Assembly (NCBI GenBank): GCA_964016885.1
Contig: OZ024742.1
Span: 248,372,001-248,436,000, forward strand
DNA from: Eledone cirrhosa
Lineage: Eukaryota
Length of the DNA: 64,000 nt
Direction of reading: 5' to 3'
Position numbers and translations under genes: made by a program. The notes beneath the pieces are model-generated. The model was not told the origin of the DNA, searched no databases, and saw only the letters and a list, made by a program, of their open reading frames with translations. This document shows positions 16,669-31,774 of the stretch, one piece after another (position 1 is the stretch's first letter; the number at the start of each line of letters is the position of its first letter).

Positions 16669-16723
16669 ACTGCTATATATATTTCGGTGACAGCCATCTT
16701 TGGCTGTGACCTCTTCAGGCAGT
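16669..16723 (-). ncRNA. Minimal type I hammerhead motif
   Basis: ACTGC-CTGAAGA-ggtcacagcc aaagat ggctgtcacc-GAAA-tatata-TA^-GCAGT. Confidence 0.88.
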
Positions 16724-16848
16724 CCGAATTAGTGTGGTATAGGCAAGTACATATGTTGTTGAGGTGTATAATTTTGTCAATACTCTGATATGCCCAGTTC
16801 CTGGTTGGGTTGTTATTTCATTGAGGAACTGGAATCATATGATTCCAG

Positions 16849-17680
16849 TTCAAAAATTGGGTATATTGTCTCAAAAATTGGGTATTTTGTTTCAAAAATT
16901 GGGTATTTTGTTTAAAACATTAGGTATATTGTTTCAAAAATTGGGTATATTGTTTCAAAAATTGGGTATTTTGTTTAAAAAATTGGGTATATTGTTTCAA
17001 AAATTGGGTATTTTGTTTCAAAAATTGGGTATTTTGTTTCAAAAATTGGGTATTTTGTTTAAAAAATTGGGTATATTGTTTCAAAGATTGGGTATATTGT
17101 TTCAAAAATTGGGTATTTTGTTTAAAAAATTGGGTAAATTGTTTCAAAAATTGGGTATTTTGTTTAAAAAATTGGGTATATTGTTTCAAAAATTGGGTAT
17201 TTTGTTTCAAAAATTGGGTATTTTGTTTAAAAAATTGGGTATATTGTTTCAAAAATTGGGTATCTTGTTTAAAAAATTGGGTATATTGTTTCAAAAATTG
17301 GGTATATTGTTTCAAAAATTGGGTATATTGTTTCAAAAATTGGGTATTTTGTTTCAAAGATTGGGTATATTGTTTCAAAAATTGGGTATATTGTTTCAAA
17401 AATTGGGTATATTGTTTCAAAAATTGGGTATATTGTTTCAAAAATTGGGTATATTGTTTCAAAAATTGAGTATATTGTTTCAAAAATTGGGTATTTTGTT
17501 TCAAAAATTGGGTATATTGTTTCAAAAATTGGGTATATTGTTTCAAAAATTGGGTATATTGTTTCAAAAATTGGGTATATTGTTTCAAAAATTGGGTATA
17601 TTGTTTCGTAAAATTGGGTATATTGTTTCAAAAATTGGGTATATTGTTTCAAAAATTGGGTATTTTGTTTCAAAAATTAA
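16849..17680. repeat. 21-bp minisatellite, about 39 units, consensus CAAAAATTGGGTATATTGTTT
   Basis: Direct tandem units with few variant positions. Confidence 0.97.
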
Positions 17681-17759
17681 AACCGTATTCTTTCAACAAA
17701 ATATTTCAAAAGTTAAATATTTTGATAATTTTCAGTGCGTTGTTATCAACAAAATTATC

Positions 17760-17932
17760 ATGCGGTGGATTGGCAGTATCGGTAGAGGGTCGGACGCCAT
17801 GCTTTGACGCATAGTCTTACGGCCCTTGCCATTCTGAGTTCAAATCCCATCGAGGTTAACTTTGACTTTCATCCTTACGAGGTCGATAAAATAAAGTACC
17901 TGTAATACACTGGATTTGTGCCAAATGTAGAA
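17760..17932 (+). mobile_element. SINE, same family
   Basis: Same head and core. Confidence 0.85.
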
Positions 17933-18897
17933 GCATCGGCAGCATATTCATCAAAGTCAATAACGTCATCGTCATCACCATCATCATCATCATCATCATC
18001 AACATCATCATCATCATCATCATCAACAGCAGCATTATCCATATCATCATCACAGCAGCATACTTATTAGAAACACAATCATCATCTTCATCATTAACAA
18101 CAACAGCCACATCACGATCATCACCATAACGACGGCTATTTCTGGTCTCCAGAAAAGCCGTCCAGCTCAAGTCGTCGAAACCGCTTGAGCTCTGCCATCG
18201 GGGTCGTGAACATGTTCCTATATATATATATAATATATATAGTTCTGATTAATTATTGTTTATATAATTCATTCATTTATAGAGCCATACATTTGAAGGT
18301 AGCTCACACTCATATATGTATCTATGATTATGTTTAAATATGTATGTGCCTAATGACTTTGTTCTATACTCCCTTATGGTTGACTAAACATTAGGCGGTA
18401 ACTAACTGCTTCCTCTAGCAATGAACTTCCTTGCCACCGGCCTACCCTTTACCACATTTCTATCTTGACCGCTAGCCACGTGATGATTTTCACCCCTTTT
18501 GAATTCGTTACTTACGCAGATCACTTTGGAAATTTCGCTCCTAACTGAGGGAGTCTCTTGATAAGCTCGAAGCTTCATGGATACTGCAACGATTAGACAT
18601 TTCCACAAGGTACGAACGAAATTGTTGACAGTCGGGACTAGAAGAATTTTTGGTAACATTTATCTATTATTTCTTCAAACTTACATTTTAAACTTAGCTC
18701 CGTTTAAATGATTATTTGTGTAGTTAATTTCTACGGACTCAGAAGAAAAATTAGGTAAATTTTGTCTGAATGTTCTTCAAATAAGAATGAATACACAAAG
18801 TAATAAAAAAAATATGGCGGAGACATTACAATACAACAATAGGAAACAGAATAGTACCACTCATGATGTCACAGATGTGTGACGAAAGAACTTTGAT

Positions 18898-18941
<44 letters not shown>

Positions 18942-19534
18942 TAAAAGGAAAAGAAAATGCTGACAAATTTTTCCCAGTGAAAAATAGTTTAATTAGGAAT
19001 AAGTATAAATTAGTAATAAGTATTGGTTAGTATTCAGTTTTAGTTTTAAGTTTTTACCGGTTGCGCATTTCTAATGCTTTTCAAAAATAATTTTGAGATA
19101 GAGCGCTCGTGATGTTTGCTCTAATCTGATCAGTTTTGGAAATTCTTCCTGCTTTATGTGAAAAAAGTGGCTCCAGAGGTATTAAGATTTAGTTGGTTGT
19201 TGAATGTCATGTGAAAGATTACTATAAATTTCGCGCCAATTCGTGTTGCAGAAATTCTTGTAGTCAAAACAATTTTGATTGGTCGGTAGAGGTCACGTGA
19301 ATGTTAAAAATTGATCTTGCGCAAAATGTAGGTTTGTCGAAGCGTATCCTTTTTCGCCTGATTGAGAAGTCACTGAAAAATAAGTATTTTAAGACAAATA
19401 TGTGTGTGTGTGTGTGTGTAGCGGAGTGGTTCGTGGTAGAGGGAATAAATTCGGTCAGTAGGATTGTGTGTGTACGTGTGTGGGGGATATTTTAACATGT
19501 TGAAAGATATTTTCAGCTCTTGTCTTATATGGAG

Positions 19535-19572
<38 letters not shown>

Positions 19573-20338
19573 CTCTTTGTATGTTAGTGTACGCGTGTGT
19601 ATGTGTATGTGTGTGTGTATATATGTGTGTATGTGTGTGTGTGTGGATGGACCAATATTTTTGTGATACTGGTAAAATGGTGTACATTATTCCATATTTT
19701 CAGTAATTTTCAAAAATGATTCTCTCAAAAGAACATAAAAAACATCAATAATAAAAGATCTGAAATGATGTGTGAGTGTTCAGATTGTACGTACTGCAAG
19801 GGGAATCCATTAGGCCCTGCCGTATGGGAATACTTGAATACAAATATGTATGTGCCCATCAGTGTGCAATGCATGTGTGCGTTTATGTACGTGTGTGTGT
19901 CGGCACGTTTAAATCTATAAACATCAAAAGGTATGCAAATTTGTGTATATTTGTGTTGCACCATAGAACATGTGTGTTTACGTATGTCATTGTATTTATA
20001 TGTGGAAAGAAATGTATGTAAGATGTATCCTGATGTAGGTATGTATGTTGACGTGTGTATGTTGTGGGTTCGTCTTAGGGAGAAGTGTTTAGACGGGGTC
20101 CGTATTTGTTAATAAAGTTATCAAGTTATAAAGTTATCTTTAAATTTGTAAATATATATATATATATATATCTGTACATTTAACTGTCGGTCAATCAATG
20201 TTCCTCATTGATTGCAAGATAAATTAACGATGAAGATATAAAAGATACAGAGGCGAAAACCAATCCAAACCAAACAGTTAGTGTGTTTATTAATATTTCG
20301 GCAATATTACAATAATATGACCCTCCCCACATATAACG

Positions 20339-20391
<53 letters not shown>

Positions 20392-22739
20392 TGTGTGTAC
20401 ATATAGTGGTCTATATAACATCTTTTACTCTATTTTTATATGAAATATATATGATTGCCTCGCTATCAAAGAGTATTTATTTTAAAGAGTAATAATATTT
20501 TTGCGATTCAAAAATATTATTTAATTCTTTTGTTCTGTGGACACGTCTCAGTATCTCAGTGGCAGTCGAGAATGCCCGACAGCACTGTTTGAAACTGTGT
20601 TATCGCTCATCAGTGATATATTGACATGGAAAGAGACTAGAATCTCTATATGTTTTGCGTGAAGAACATTTTCTGGTGATGCTCATTTGCACATACTACG
20701 AACTTGGATAAATTAATTAATTGGCAGTAGAATTAACATAACGTCGAGCGTGACGAAGAGATATTTGTCCTTAATCGCAATGCTCCCATATGTGTATTGT
20801 TTATAAACACATTGCTCAATATGCAAACGAGTATACCCAGTCTATTTTCCTTTCGGTAGTGGATGAGTGAATGTCTCCCACGAAACCGTGGTGTCTGGCA
20901 TTCTTGATAGATCTGACATTCTGTCACGTGTCCATTGAAGAAAATTGAGAAACAAATTTATCGTGACGTAATTTTTTTTCTTTCAATCAGTACATTTGGA
21001 AATCCAAAATTCTGTATTGATGTGACTGCTATATATATATATATATATATATACATATATATGGACTGTTTTGAGACTTTCAAAACGGTTTCATGTTTTC
21101 CATTGAAAAAGAATCGTTTATGAATATACCTTTGTTTCCAGATTGCTAACCCATTTTAAATTTACTACATATCAATGTTATAAGTATAATTGCGATGACA
21201 AATAGTAATGATGAAAAAGAGTCACATTGGAAGATAACCCCTTTTAATTTCTACTCCGATGAATACATTGCTAGAGTTCAACTTAGTCTTCCACTGAACC
21301 ATACAATTCAAAATAATATTTTTAATGTTTTCAGATATACCAAACATCTGCCGGCGTTCAACAATCCTGGAAAGAGACCTTAAAGTCAATCTAGGCCATG
21401 GACATATTTTTATGATGTTTTTGACAATGATTCAAAACTATCTCATTGATAACCACGTGATCTTTAGTATCGTGAGATCCATTCCTACATCATTTTGTTC
21501 CCTTATCAATATTCCTTCCTGTAAAAGAAATGTATATGCCTTCTGCACACACATCCCAGTAAAACCCTTTCATATAATGCATGCTATAGGGCGATAGTTA
21601 CCCACAATATTTCTCTTATTTCTATCATTTATTATATGTGTTATCATTCCCATTACCATCCAAGAGGATACTCCATTCATTCAATTGAGGGGTCAGTCAT
21701 ACAAGAATCTGGCTCCCGTCCGTGTTTCTGCTCCCGCTGTAACCCCTGTCCCTACATAACAAGCCCCAACACTATTACAGGTGTGAACCATTCTTTTCTC
21801 AGCCTACAGTACGGATATATATATATATATATATAGTATGTTAGAGTTAATGCTCTTATTTTGACTTCCGGCCAAGACAGCCTTTACTCTATATGCAAAT
21901 TTGGCTGATCAGCCAATGTAAATAGGCTTCTAATCTATATATTTTAGCTTATATTAATTTCCCGCAGTAAAAGGTCGTCATCACCAGTTTGATAATGACT
22001 AAGGTAAGAACTTATGACGTGATCATCCCTAGTTGCCCCCACTTAGCTTTTGTTGGAACACACTAGAGGGCGCTAAGCTATCAGTTTTCAAATTCATTAC
22101 TGAAGGCTTTCAAAATGTTTATTTATAAACATACCATATGACACCAGATATACATCTTCATGTATTTCATATATATATATATATATACATACATATATAT
22201 ATGAATAAAATTAGTCCTTCATCAGTGATCTTCCAACTTTCATTGGTATTTCATCGTTTTAAAAATCATATTCCTCTGTTTGGTGCGAGCAAAAACTAAA
22301 TAAAGTTATTGGGACAAGTAAAATAGGGTGAAACGAGCGAGACATGTAAACAAACAACGATGGTATTGCAAAGGAAAGATAGGAAGAGACAAGTACATGA
22401 TATATGTAAGCTTAAGCTTGATGAATTCATGGACGAAAGATACAGACCATCCGACATGGGTGAGATGTGAGCGAGAAAAGGATTTCACACAGGTCAAACG
22501 GGAGGAAGTGAGAGAGAGGGAGAAGCAGAGAGTGAGTGAGTGGAAGTGTGAGGAAGAGGCCAGTTGAGAGAGAGTGTGACTGGCAGAGGGGGTAAAAAGA
22601 AGGTGAGAGATACAGAGAGAGGGGAAGCAGTAAGAAAGAAACAGATAATCGCAGCTGAAGAAAAAATATTAATATAAGAAAAGTGGAGTGCTGTGTGGTT
22701 GCATATGGGTTACATATGAATAAAATTAGTCCTTCATCA

Positions 22740-22793
<54 letters not shown>

Positions 22794-23474
22794 GTGTATG
22801 TATGTATGTATGTGTGTGTGTGTGTGTGTGTTTGTGTGTGTTTGGATGGGAATACCCATGTAATCTCACATATCCGAAGAAGTGTCGATTAAGAGTCGGT
22901 ATACGATCACATGATCGAACCTCAGATGATCGATAGGGAAACCGATTGTAATTTGTAATAAAGTTTACAAAAACTTGAAATTCTTATATATATATCCTCT
23001 TAATCGCATTATAGCGATGGGATCCGTGTACATTTTATGTCCACAAAAAACTTTCGCTTATTCCTATCCAATGAGTTTGTTTCCAGTGTAAGCAACAGTA
23101 TTCTACGCATTTGTATTTGAGGCAATAAACCAGCTAGGGAAGATCGCTTTGGACGTTCGTTTTGTTTTTAATCGTTTTAGTTTGAAGTTTGAAAAGAGGG
23201 TGATAACGCGGTAAAATCTTGCTGAAATATACGGGGTAAAAACAATCCTTTGTTTGCATTGTATTGATCATACTTTACCCTTTATGTATTTCTACTGCCT
23301 TATACCGGCTCTCTCAAACTTATCACGCATTGATTACACATACCCCCCCCCCACACACACACCAGCACACGCAGAAACACACAAACACACAAGCATACGC
23401 ACAAACACACACACACGAACACACATATATATAAATGTAATTATTATTATTATTATTATCATTATTATTATTGT

Positions 23475-23675
23475 TAAGGCGGTGAATTCACAGTATCGGT
23501 GGAGGGTCGGACGCCATGCTTTCCAGCATAGTTACGTCCCTTTACGATCTGAGTTCAAAGCCTGCCGAGTTTGACTTTGTCTTTCGTCCTTAAGGGGTTG
23601 ATAAAATAAAGTACCAGTAATGCACTGGGTAATTGCCCGGCCTTGTGCCTAAAGTAGAAACAATTATTATTATTG
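23475..23675 (+). mobile_element. SINE, same family, bounded by (ATT)n
   Basis: Same core; ATTATTATTATTGTTAAG on both sides (TSD-like). Confidence 0.85.
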
Positions 23676-24623
23676 TTAAGATAACAGAAGTCTGATGAGC
23701 TTTTATTCCAGAATCGGGCACGATCAACAGAGACCGTACATTGATCTGCTCAATCGCGAAACGCACACCACAACTGGATAATCTTTATGAAAATTTCATT
23801 CCACGTTCATACAATATAGAGTTCTTATGGTAATAATTCTACAGGTCTAGAGCTCTTTTATTCAAAGAAGTCATCAACAAAATCTGATAATTTTTGTAAG
23901 CTTCAGCATTTACCTTTTTCTTGCAATAGAATTGAGAGGATGGTTAAATGTTGATTGTTGGGGGAATAGATAGATAGAGTAGGATGCGGTACTGTAGGCG
24001 ATGCAGTGCATTTGAATACATGGAGTGCGATATTATATATATTATAGGGAGTGGGATAGTATATATTCATATTATACATATCCTTCCATGACACTACTTT
24101 GCAATTATTTGCTATCAAACACCAAACATAACAGTGCTCTTCCATTCAGATTTTAGTGATTCCCTAGACCAGTATGTTTTCAGCATTCACCTTCATTCAT
24201 TAATGTTCATCACAATTCCAATGTCATCCACACACCACGTCCGCCTCATAAATCGCTAACTGCAAATTTAATGACCGTCTAATTGATTCTTTCTATTAAG
24301 CAGGTCAGAAGCGGTTCACCTTTGACCCGAATTTATCAATTAAGATTCCGTTTAAAGGTTTCATTGGTCATAAATGTTCAGATAATTGATTTTTGTATTA
24401 AATGGGCGATTTGAGCCTTAATGTATTTCTCTCCACTGTAATTTACCTCAGCGATCTCCCAGCCTCACTGCTTCATAGCCTTGATATAATGCTATACCTC
24501 CCTCCTCATTTCACTTCTCTGATGATCAATGGTGTGTTTGTGATTCCATGTAGAAACATACGGGTATTAATTGATGCTAATCTATCTCTTACATACCTAT
24601 CATATCGCAGTTAATACCTCATA

Positions 24624-24738
<115 letters not shown>

Positions 24739-27700
24739 GAGCAAACATCACGGACGCTCTATCTCAAAATTATTTTTGAAAAGCATTAGAAATGCGCAAC
24801 CGGTAAAACTTAAAACCAAAACTTAATACTAACCAATACTATTACTAAGTATCACTTATTCCTAATTAAACTATTTTTCACTGTGAACAATTTGTCAGCA
24901 TTTTCTATTCCGTTTACCAATATATATATATATATATACATCTAATCCAATGTCTTCCTCGAGGCTAAACAGGCAGGTTCTTATTCCGTGAGTAAAAGAA
25001 TCCTCCTTCACAGGATGCCAGTCCATCGCAGAGTTATGACCCCAAGTCATTTTCGGCCGAATATACTAACGCTAGATGACATTAAGTGTTTTGCTCCAGA
25101 ACATCACACACAAACTAGTCCAGGAATCAAATCCACAATATTATGATCCTACCACTAGGCTATGCGTCTTCACATTCATGGACACACAAATACAAATATA
25201 CATACATACTTACATATATTAGTAGATAATATATATTGTGACCACCATGTGTCAGCAAAGCCACTATTCGGTAAACTGCCTCAGATAAGTTTAGCGAACA
25301 CTGACATTGCTAACTAGTCCTGGCTATTTTGGATCAATATGAATAAGCCCCCTTATACAAAATTATATATATTGAGTTCTTCCTATTATATTGGCTATGA
25401 AAATTAAAACTCCTCAGCAGTATTCATCTTTTACGATTTTAATAGAAATTATTCAGTATAAAATACAAGGAACGTTTTCTTCAACAAGGCATATAAGCTT
25501 CTGGCAGTTATAAAATATATAATATTCTGAAATCCTGTTCATTTCTCTGAAAATTAATATATGATCTGAAGAGAAGTTCCTTCTAAGTTTTCCTTCTAAG
25601 TTTTGCATATACTCCAAATTTTCATGGAATCAACGATTTATGCCTTCTTCTCAACCCTATTTATACCAATCTATCTGACAATGTCCTCTCTTAGATGTAT
25701 GACGCTTTTTACTTTAAAGTGTTGATATTAACATTTAAATTTTCCATCACAATTTTGAGAAAGACCATTTGTTGAGCTGTGTTTCGAAATGTTAGCTGAA
25801 TAATGAGAAATTTAGTTATATTACTAATTCCTCCAAACTCTTGTTTATTTTCAATATTATTAAAATATCTTAAGTAGTGCATTTTATTTCAGATATGACA
25901 AGGAAAGTTTAAACTCTTCACCAATTTGAGATAATGACAAACGGAAGATATTCTTGGCAAATGGAATGGATTAACCTTTAGTTTTTCTCATTAAGACGCA
26001 TTTTTCCATCACGAAGACAACATTATACACATCCAATGTCGCACACACAGTGGGACAAAGTAGCGACGCCATTACAAGATTATGAACTGTAATTTTGTTT
26101 TAAGGAAATCATGATTCCTTTAAACTAATTAAGTGAAAATGTCTATAAAATTGTAATCTCACCCTGCGGATTTTTCGTGTAAAAATTTAAATATTCTAAT
26201 CAGAAGGAGAGGAATTCTGAATTTTGTTTTGACCAGCCATGTTGCGAATGTGGAGCGAGATTTAACTTAAGATTAGATGATTTTGATTTTCTTTTTAAAG
26301 AAATATTTTTTTCATATCACCGAAAAATATTTTTTCGTATCATATTGATAGAAGATTGTCTGAGATTTTCTGGTAATTACGATAATGAGTCTTTGATTGA
26401 TTAATTCAAATTACGGAACACCATTTTATTAACTTTATCTCTTGCAATATTGTAGAAATAATTAAACATTCTCTATATGAAGTTGCTAGAACCTGTATAA
26501 CATCGTAGAAAACATAACAACGGAGCCTATTTTGCCTGATTGTTTCAATGTTTTCTAAAGTCATTTCTATTTTGTTAAACGAATCGCCCACTCATTAGAA
26601 CACTTTTATAATTAGCTTTTAATCTACTTAGGATGAAAATTAATCAAAATGTTGGTAATATATTTCCTTCTCATGTGATTGATTCCTTTATTTCTTGCTT
26701 TTAATATCCCATTTCTATCCCTTTGCAATACATCACAGACACTCACACTTGCATTTACACACACACACCTACACACACATACTCGCATGCACACACACAC
26801 ACACATACACATATGTATATATATGTGTGTGTACACATATACAGATAGATAAATAGAGAGAGCAGAGTGCTAGACAACTCGACTGGTAACAAAGGAGCAT
26901 CATCTTCCTCATAAAAACTGTGATATAATTCCACTTTTGATGAATGTCTAAACATTTCAATCTACAATATGTTTGTAATTCTCAATTATTTCTCAGTTGT
27001 CACGTTGAACTAAGATCTGGGAAGGAACACTATAACAATCACTACTAAACGACGATTTGCACACGAATATTAGTGAAATATATATTAAGCTCCGCCTTAA
27101 TTTTACAAAGACGAACGAAACACGATGTAAAATGAAATAATACTTTTCTAATATTTATTCCGACCGAGGAAGACATATTGTTTCTGCCGATAATAACAGA
27201 AAAAAAAAGATAGGAATTGGAATTACAGAAGGAAAACAAAACAAAATGTAGAATAGAACTCACTGATAGTCAATAAAGAAAGGCGTGAAGATTGGATTTG
27301 AGAATCACAAACTAACGACAAAGAATTTAATTGATTACATTTTTGTTCTGGAAACAAATAAATAATAACAAAAATAAATTCGCTTAAAGAAATTTTCTTT
27401 AAAGTCTCTCGTTATTTATCTTCATTTAGTAATCATAAATAAACGTAACCGTAAATAACATTATGTGATGATGAATTTTTTGTTACATCGATCTACCTCG
27501 GTTTTTTGTTAAGGACAGAAAGTTATGATGGAACATATGGAAGATCTTAATTCATAACGTATGCTAAACAGAACTTACCTAAGTGAACGTAGGTTTAATG
27601 GATTTCATATCTATCTTTTTGAAATAAATAAAATCTTATATAAGTATGGCTATTCGTGATCTAGTTTTATTTGTGTCTGTGTGAATGTGTGTGTGTGTGA

Positions 27701-29064
27701 ATGTGTGCGTTTGTGCGTGTGTGTATGAAGGTGTGTATGTATGCATTTGTTATAAGTGAGTGCTATTAGAGTAAACGCCTTATTACCTTGGAATAGTTTA
27801 TTAGGGCAATAGAATTTACAAATTAATTATCTGAATTCAACATATAGCTGTAGTATATTGCGAACATCTCCTTATCCGATATACAGTTACGCGGATTATA
27901 TATATTTCAGAAGAGATATTCTCAAGTGTACTGCAGTGTTAAGAATATCGTATCATTAATGTTGAATGCCTCGAGCACTATAAACTGTTTTATCTTGTTA
28001 GCTTATTTTCAGCAACATACGCAGCAAAGTCAATTATATATATATATATATATATATATACATTTTAAAATGGCGGCAAGTGTATCAGACGGTAGAAAAA
28101 TGATATACCACTGTTCTTTACACATAATGTTATTTCTAGCATTATTTTCGCGATATGTGTGCTAGCCGTTTCCAACAACTTGCCCATCCCAAAGTAATCA
28201 TTGTGGCCAATAAAGAAATCATTATTATTACTATTATTATTATTATTACTATTTATTTATTTATATATTTGTTTATTTATTTATTTGTTTATTTGTTTGT
28301 TTATTTTATAACAAGTGACGCCCAATAACGTTAATTACAAGACAGAAAATATAATAATGTAGGCCTTGTTATTTTTATGTATAAAACTTTTGTAATTTCA
28401 CCATAATGATTTATTTCATTATTGTGCATATGCACTGCCGTTTGATTCATATGCAGTAACAACTTGAGAGAAGGAATGTTATAGCATTTAGAGAAGTAAT
28501 TTTGTGATACCAGAGATAATATCTTCTCTAATATGACAATCACGATTCCCAAACAGATGAAAGGCAATTTATTAATCAGAGAAAGTCTAATAAAAAGGTG
28601 ATTTTTAAATATATCATTGTGTATTGTACATAGCCTGAAGTGATTCTCATGTTTGTTCCATTTTCACACCTTAAATAGAGAACGGATTTGTTAATATGTG
28701 TTGTGATGTTTGTACAGCGGTGTATATTTATATCTATAAAAGCACATCAAATATTTTGTACATCTGTGTTACGATCAAAAACACACAAACATATATATAT
28801 ATATATAAATATATATAATAAGATATGTATGTGTGTAAATATATATGTATACCTCTACATGCCCGTATATTCAAAGAAACAGATGTAGACACACACGCAC
28901 GCACGTACACACACATATACACACACATATATATATATATATATGTATGTATACAGGTGTTTGTGTGCGTGTGTGTGTGTCCGCGTGCGTGTGTGTTTGC
29001 ATCTGTGTCTTTGAATATGCGTGCATGTAGAGGTATACATATATATTTACACACATATATATCT

Positions 29065-29127
<63 letters not shown>

Positions 29128-29155
29128 AAAGAATAGAGGTGTAACACACAAGTTA

Positions 29156-29689
29156 TTATATATTGGTAAACGGAATAGAAAATGCTGACAAATTGTTCAC
29201 AGTTGAAAAATGGTTTAATTAGGAATAAAAGAGTATTAGTGATTGTATGGGTTAGTATTCAGTTGTGGTTTTAAGTTTTTAAGTTTTTACCGGTTGCGCA
29301 TTTCTAAATGCTTTTCAAAAATAATTTTGAGATAGAGTGTCCGTGCTGTTAGCTCATGGTAGAGATGGTGAAATAGGCCATGTTGATGACGATACTGGAG
29401 GTGTTGGTGGTGCATGTGTCGCTGTTGCTGTTGATAGTGGTGGTGATGACGACAATGACGATGATGGTGATGATAAAGATAAAGATGGTATTGAATAAAT
29501 GAACAAACAGCACGGACACTCTATCTCAAAATTATTTTTGAAAAGCATTTAGAAATGCGCAACCGGTAAAAATTTAAAAACTTAAAACCACAACTGAATA
29601 CTAACCCATACAATCACTAATACTCTTTTATTCCTAATTAAACCATTTTTCAACTGTGAACAATTTGTCAGCATTTTCTATTCCGTTTA

Positions 29690-29697
<8 letters not shown>
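29156..29697. repeat. Inverted arms of about 195 bp around a 150-bp copy of 30652-30801
   Basis: Arms 29156-29353 and 29504-29697. Solo arm copies at 18938-19121 and 24739-24921. Confidence 0.92.
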
Positions 29698-29736
<39 letters not shown>

Positions 29737-30156
29737 AATTAGTATATCTACCAACATATGTATACAGATGCATACCTATGTTAGCAAATATATATGTTTT
29801 GTCTTAATAACTTTGTGGTTCTATGCAAGGGGGCTAGATTCCAAGACATTGAAAAATTCACTGCCTACTTGGTCAAGTGGCAAATTCAAAAGAATCAATC
29901 ACGTGACACTGAGGTTAATCCGCGAGGAGTGGGGGTGCTGGAATCTAGCCCGCTCGCTTTTTTCCATCCACTGAATTATTTTTATATAAGTTCACAGTGT
30001 CCCCGCATTGCCTGGAAGCTTAGCTGAGAATAGACGTAAGGCTTCTCTATGGATACGCTCCGTAACCATATTTATCCCCTTACAGAAACTAATTAGTTGG
30101 AGTGAAATTTTAGTAAGTCAATTTTCATAACTTTCTTATTTCATAACTTTCATATA

Positions 30157-30220
<64 letters not shown>

Positions 30221-30401
30221 TGTGTACCTATTTATGAATTACTCAATGGCGGGAATCAAAGTGCCATGGCCCATTCGAAGGCTTTCAAAGTCTAATAGGA
30301 GCGGAGAAGTAACGTTACTTCTGGCCATACATATGGTATGCACTCAATTTAGCTAAATGACAATTGGTCTCTTTAAAAGGCATATCCAAATACCAAATAA
30401 T

Positions 30402-30570
30402 TGTTACTACTTTTATCACAAGGCCAGTAATTACTGGTACTTTATTTTATCGACCCCGTAAGGATGAAAGGCAAAGTAAACCTCTGTGGGATTTGAACTC
30501 AGACCGTAAATGGACGTAACTATGCTGGAAAGCATGGCACCCGACTCTCTACCGATACTGCCAATCCACT
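30402..30570 (-). mobile_element. SINE with about 22-bp target-site duplication
   Basis: GCATATCCAAATACCAAATAAT occurs at 30380 and 30571. Confidence 0.88.
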
Positions 30571-31294
30571 GCATATCCAAATACCAAATAATGCAAAATA
30601 ATTAGAATATATTCAGATGATGATGGTGTTTGTACTAGTCTTTTATGATAGTCATGGTAGAGATGGTGAAATAGGCCATGTTGATGACGATACTGGAGGT
30701 GTTGGTGGTGCATGTGTCGCTGTTGCTGTTGATAGTGGTGGTGATGACGACAATGACGATGATAGTGATGATAAAGATAAAGATGGTATTGAATAAATGA
30801 ATTGTAAAAAAAAAAAAAACAAGAGAAATAATGAGGTGGTAGAATGGTGTGAGTGACGAATGTTGGAATGATGGTAGGATGATGTGAGAGAATAGCAGAA
30901 ATGAGGAATAATTATGTATATGTTGATTGCAGAACACAAAATTTAGTTGAAATACACAGCGAGGAAAATGTAAGTTATATATGTTAGATTCTTGACACTA
31001 ATAACTACATTGATGAGCATTTCTGTATAAACTAATGTGCATATATATTTGTAGCAATGGCGGTAATTTGGGTGGTGGCGATTGCCTGTTGGAGAGGCGG
31101 CGTTGTATGAAGGAATATTTGAACACGATTTGTGACAAGAAAATTGATACACATGCACACATACGTACACACATACATAGACAGACATACACACACACAT
31201 AGATTTATATGTATATATATATAAACAGTTTCAATGCTCTGACATAGCATTAAATGTACCACCGGTTGAAGAATGAAGCATATGCGACATACAG

Positions 31295-31377
<83 letters not shown>

Positions 31378-31774
31378 TAATATACACCCTTTAATAATAT
31401 TCGAGCTTTTCTTACCATCAAAGGAAAAGCACTGTGACACCAACTGGATTATTATCCGTCACCGTTTCCTGAATAGTGTCCCTCACCAAAGAGGCCTACA
31501 CCATCGATGCTAAGACAAAATAAACTGAAAACGTATAGTGTATTGCTTATGAACCTCGGCTGATGCTGCTCATTTTCATACAGAGATATATCATGGATCC
31601 TCGAATTAATGGGCAGTAGTAATGCTTTGACGCTTATTGAAACATAACTGTAGTTTATTAGAGTATATGTTTATGTATGAAAGACAAACTTCATCCTTAC
31701 AATAATTATTTTAATACGCTGTGATCAGGATACTGTTATCGTTAGCCACATGGTGAAAACAGCATGAACAAAAT

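Noticed and set aside
16764-17807. 347-aa ORF with QKLGILF heptad repeat; also considered as a CRISPR-like array
   Set aside because: Pure tandem 21-mer with no spacers and no unique domain.
20560-20622. CTGATGA plus hairpin on the minus strand; other partial motifs near 23693, 42370, 53680, 62510 and 63870
   Set aside because: Missing GAAA, mutated core or no stem I, so not counted as hammerheads.
21325-21600. Possible exon after a TTTTCAG acceptor
   Set aside because: No recognisable protein, donor site or neighbouring exons.
24402-24614. CRNIRVLIDANLSL, resembling an L2/CR1 RT C-terminus
   Set aside because: Too short and degraded to support.
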